From Podarcis tiliguerta (Eukaryota), in the NCBI GenBank assembly GCA_965153285.1, contig OZ229114.1: a stretch of DNA of 64,000 nt. One strand, written 5' to 3'. The stretch's first letter is position 1; every line of letters begins with the position of its first letter. Position numbers and translations under genes: made by a program. The notes under the pieces are model-generated. The model was not told the origin of the DNA. It saw only the letters and a list, made by a program, of their open reading frames with translations, and made no database searches. This document shows, in pieces, positions 60,031-64,000 of the stretch.

Positions 60031-61432
60031 CCTTGTATGCCAAAGGTAGGCCCTTAGATCTGCCAGTCTTTTGGTGTATGTGTTTTTCTTTGAATCAATC
60101 AATCAATCAATCAATCAAAAACACCTTCAAAGCAGCCCTGGCGAGTCACCATTCTGATCAGAGAAAGGGAGATGGAGCGTCAACATTTTCCCTTTGCAAC
60201 ATTTTGTCCATCTAAGGACTCCCCAATCTGATATTTGCCCCACTGCAGGTGGGGATGCTGGCGTACAAATAGCAAAGAGTGGGACAACCTGGGCAGGGCC
60301 TTAAAGCCAAGGATGGAGTTTGAGCTGGATGCATGATGCGATGGGGACCCAGTGCAGGGATTGGAGGATTGGTGTGAGTGACGGAGAGATCAATTCTTTT
60401 CAGAGGCAAGTTTTGGGTTAGAGGTTAAAAGACTAAGCTGTGACAAGGGAAGGCCAGAGAGCCACAGCACACACCCAAAATGGTAAATCTGCATCATTTA
60501 TTGTGGTGCAAAATTTTGAGATACTTTTAGACAGGTTATTATTTTGTAATGCCCAGGACAAATAGCCCCGATTGTAACAGACCCAATTTCCCCCCTCTGT
60601 GTGGTATACAAAGCCACTGAGGAGAAGTTCACCCATGTCAATTTCTCACTCTTTGACCAGATCATCGTGTGTGTGATGATGCCCTGCAGATTCCACAAAC
60701 AGCCTCAGGTTAAGCAACACTGATGCACATTTTCGCATAACATGTCAGTGTTACTGCAGTTTCTCTTTCCAGCCACGGTGTGGAGTAGAAGCCTAAGAAT
60801 ATAATTCTCAGGGTTTGCCGTGTTTTCTTTCCACAGCTTGTGAAGCAGTGCATGCTGATGTGAGAGATTAAGGCACATGTAGGAACAAGACAACTGACCA
60901 CAGTAGAATGTGTTTTCTAAGTGCACAGTCAGCCCAAGGCATTCTGCTAGGTAGAGCAGTAAATGGCAGTTCCTCCCTTCCTAAATAGGGAAGCGGGAAG
61001 AGTACAATTCAGTTTGAATAGAAAGGCAAACATACCTAATCCGTGCTTCCCAAAACAATACAAGAACCAAAACACAACGATCCTTCAAAATTAACACAAC
61101 TCAATTTTGCAGTGCAGTTCTCCACCCAAGCAATGCTTACAAAAATGTATATATTTGGGGGGGGGGGAGTGAATAAAAATATGTGTATTACTGAAAATCA
61201 TGCGTTGTAGTAGGGAAAGCTCCTTCAGAAAATGTGTACATTAGTCAAAACTGCATATAAACATGCATTAGGATAAATCTGTAGTAAAACACTGGTGAAT
61301 TTCCATTTTTCAAAATCCGTAAATCGGTGCAGAAATGTGGAAAACTGAATTTAAGATGAGAAAAAAGAGAAATTGAGAGAAGTAAAATGGACAGATTCCT
61401 CTATTCCTATTCCCAAATCAAGGTGCAAAGTA

Positions 61433-61604
61433 CGGTGTTACCTCAGTTTATTAACTTAATCTGTTCCGGAAGTCCATTCTTAAACCGAGGCGCACTTTCC
61501 CTAATGAGGCCTCCCGTCGCCAGTGCCCTTCCACCCTTCGGTTTCCGTTTGTAGACTGAGGTAAAGTTCGTAAACCAAATTATTCGTAAACCGAGGTACT
61601 ACTG
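61433..61604. mobile_element. Tigger-like MITE
   Basis: TA|cggtgttacctcag ... ccgaggtactactg|TA. Confidence 0.7.
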
Positions 61605-61962
61605 TATCTGAACCAAGGCAAGATATTTGGGCAGCTAGCAGAGCCCAAAAACCAAGCAAGTAGCTCTCGCTTCCCTGACAGTAAAAAGAGAGTGGTGAAA
61701 AATCAAATAACTATTGTTTGCCCTCTCATGACACCCAGAATCATGTCTGGGAGCACTCATTTTGCCTAATGGTCGGACTGGGTCCCAGCATCACCACAGA
61801 AGACAGCAGCTAGGTGCCTACTTCAGAATGCTTTTAGGGTTTTGGGGGGGGCAGGGGATGTCATTGTTTCAATAATAGTGCACGACACAACATGTCATTG
61901 ACATAATAATAGTGCATGAGTGGTGGGCTTATTTTGGATCACCCACACAACATTCTGCTGTA

Positions 61963-62188
61963 CAGTGGTACCTCAGGTTACATACGACTCAGGTTACAGA
62001 CACCACTAACCCAGAAATAGTACTTCAGGTTAAGAACTTTGCTTCAGGATGAGAACAAAAATCGTGCTCCGGTGGTGCGGCGGCAGCAGGAGGCCCCATT
62101 AGCTAAAGTGGTGCTTCAGGTTAAGAACAGTTTCAGGTTAAGTACGGACCTCCAGAACGAATTAAGTACTTAACCTGAGGTACCACTG
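61963..62188. mobile_element. Tigger-like MITE, complete (same family as 10480-10714)
   Basis: TA|CAGTGGTACCTCAGGTTA ... TAACCTGAGGTACCACTG|TA. Confidence 0.9.
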
Positions 62189-62594
62189 TATTAGCTGTTC
62201 TGTGATGCTTCATCCCATACAGCGGCAGGCACTGAGAGAAATGACACTTGTCAAAATTCTCCCTTTTTTTTAACACTTAAAAGGCCCTTATCACCACATC
62301 CCATACCAAGCTGAGCAGATATGCTGTCCAATATGCATTGTAAACACGAAATAAAACTCTTCTCTTCATCCAAAACTGTAGAAATAATTACTGATGCTTG
62401 TCAACTGCCACCTTAAGAGACTGGGAGAATTGCTCTTTTGGGGAGTGAGTAGGGCTATTTTTCTAGAAAACTCACCATGAGCACCTCCCTTGTTTTCTTT
62501 TAATGGCAATGGCGCCCACCTGAGAGGTGCTGGAACTGAGTTCCAGTGAGTTTTGGCTGGGGGAAAAAGCCTCATTAGATCTTATTTCTGAGTA

Positions 62595-63235
62595 CCGTAT
62601 TTTTCGCTCTATAGGATGCACTTTTTCCCCTCCAAAAATGAAGGGGAAATGTGTGTGCGTCCTATGGAGCGAATGCAGGCTCCTTGGCTTCAGCGATAGC
62701 AACAGGAAGCCTCCGAAGCCAGAGGCTTCGTGTTGCTTTCGCTGAAGCCTGGAGAGCGAGGGGGTCGGTGCACACCAACCCCTCTCGCTCTCCAGGCTTC
62801 AGGCAGCTCTCCGCAAGCCTTCGGAGTGCAGCAGGAGTTGCCCCCACACTCCAAAGGCTTGCGGATAGCAGCCTGCAGCCTGAAGCCCGGGGAGTGCAGC
62901 GTCAACTCCCACTGCGCTCCCCGGGCTTCAGGCAGCTATCCGCAAGCCTTAGGAGTGTGTGCCCAGCCCCGCATGCTCCAGGAGTGGCGGCAAGGCTGCA
63001 TGCAACCTTGCCGCTGCTCCTGGACCTGTTCTGGGGACTGGGTTCGGGGAAAGCTCGGGCTTCCCCCGCCCCAGTCCCGCGGCTTAAAACGAAGCCAAGA
63101 CAGCGAGCAGGATCCATCCCGCTCGCTGTCCTGGCTTCTTTGCTCTTTGGGGCTGGGGGGGGGATAATTCTTTTTTCTTTATCCCCCCCTAAAAACTAGG
63201 TGCGCCCTATGTGCCCTATGTAGCAAAAAATACAG
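62595..63235. mobile_element. Tc/mariner (pogo/Tc2-like) MITE, inverted relative to 47711-48159
   Basis: TA|CCGTATTTTTCGC ... gcaaaaaatacag|TA; GC-rich interior with gaagcctggagagcgag hairpin units. Confidence 0.85.
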
Positions 63236-64000
63236 TATATTATTTCTGTATTAGGAGTGCACTGTTAATGAATGCTGAATTTTGAAACTGTGGAAGTATG
63301 GGGGGGTTTTCTTCTCTTCTCCTCCCCATTTTTGTCTTTAGGTATGAAATGTGCATTTTGTCACTCTCAGGGCATCCGATTGCCATCTGGCAGTACACAT
63401 AAAACTAGAAAAACTGGAAAAGGTTAAGAGGCTGTCTTGCCCGTCAGCCTACCTCAAGGACTCTTAAAAAAGCATAAGCTGTTGTTTTAGTGATATGGCA
63501 TGTTGTCTGGCTGGCTGGTACGCATACCTAACATTGCCTAAAAGTGTACCTTGGACACCATAGAAAGCAACATAGAAAGCAAGCATCAATAAAGAGCAAT
63601 GAAACTTTGGGTTCTGAGAACAAAATGCCTACCTTCTCATAGGTATTTTTAATGTTATTGAGATTTCTAGTCTTTTCCCCTGTCTCAAATCCAAGACTTG
63701 CCGGAGGAATGCATGTGCATAGAATGTAAGGTGTTCAGGAGACAAAAATAGCTTCCCAGTGTGAAACGTAAGATACATTTTACCACATGTATTGGCTATT
63801 GTTCCCCAACCCCTCAGCCAATGTCCCCACCTGAACAACCCCTTAACAATTGGGTTCTTCTATATCTGAAAACGGGGGGGGGGAGATGGTGGTACTACTG
63901 GAATAATCAATCTTTGATTGATGTGCAGCCCACCAACCCAAATAATAGATTTGGTATAATTGGATAACCTCTTTTTGACTTCTTGGATAGAAAGAAAAAG

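Noticed and set aside
47831-63199. Long GC-rich ORFs (47838-48329, 47890-48363, 62651-63199, 62730-63167)
   Set aside because: They lie in or across non-autonomous MITEs, have no transposase motifs, and are open in several frames because of base composition
60000-64000. FAM25 or GLUD1 exons expected downstream of ADIRF by synteny, including the acceptor-like site at about 63340
   Set aside because: No recognisable peptide in any frame I could read; probably outside the window
1-64000. CRISPR arrays, prokaryotic-type operons, viral or mitochondrial inserts, intact transposase or RT genes
   Set aside because: None seen; the window is an ordinary TE-rich vertebrate locus, and all non-exonic ORFs are under 190 aa and explained by TEs or chance

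Overview
Vertebrate genomic DNA, most likely from a squamate lizard (lacertid-like; inferred from Sauria/Squam1 SINEs, Squam3 SINEs and BovB/CR1 remnants). The window holds the conserved MMRN2-SNCG-ADIRF block. MMRN2 (multimerin-2) is on the minus strand: coding exons 1-5 lie at 18838..1410 and the large coiled-coil/C1q exons lie beyond the left edge. SNCG (gamma-synuclein) is complete on the plus strand: 5 coding exons, 29995-49151, 134 aa. ADIRF (adipogenesis regulatory factor, C10orf116) is complete on the plus strand: 3 exons, 53860-57333, 67 aa, and only its first exon appears in the ORF track. All exon joins were checked by hand for GT-AG and reading phase. The rest is intron or intergenic sequence rich in SINEs, LINE fragments (L1, L2, CR1, RTE/BovB), hAT and Tc/mariner MITEs, solo LTRs and microsatellites, plus two N gaps. 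I found no convincing novel multi-gene system. The best leads are: the strict 11-residue periodicity shared by the neighbours SNCG and ADIRF; loss of exactly one 11-mer in this ADIRF; an ETS+SOX+RBPJ+MEF2 motif cluster in MMRN2 intron 1; and a candidate cassette exon in SNCG. Comparisons to human or chicken proteins are from memory and need database confirmation.
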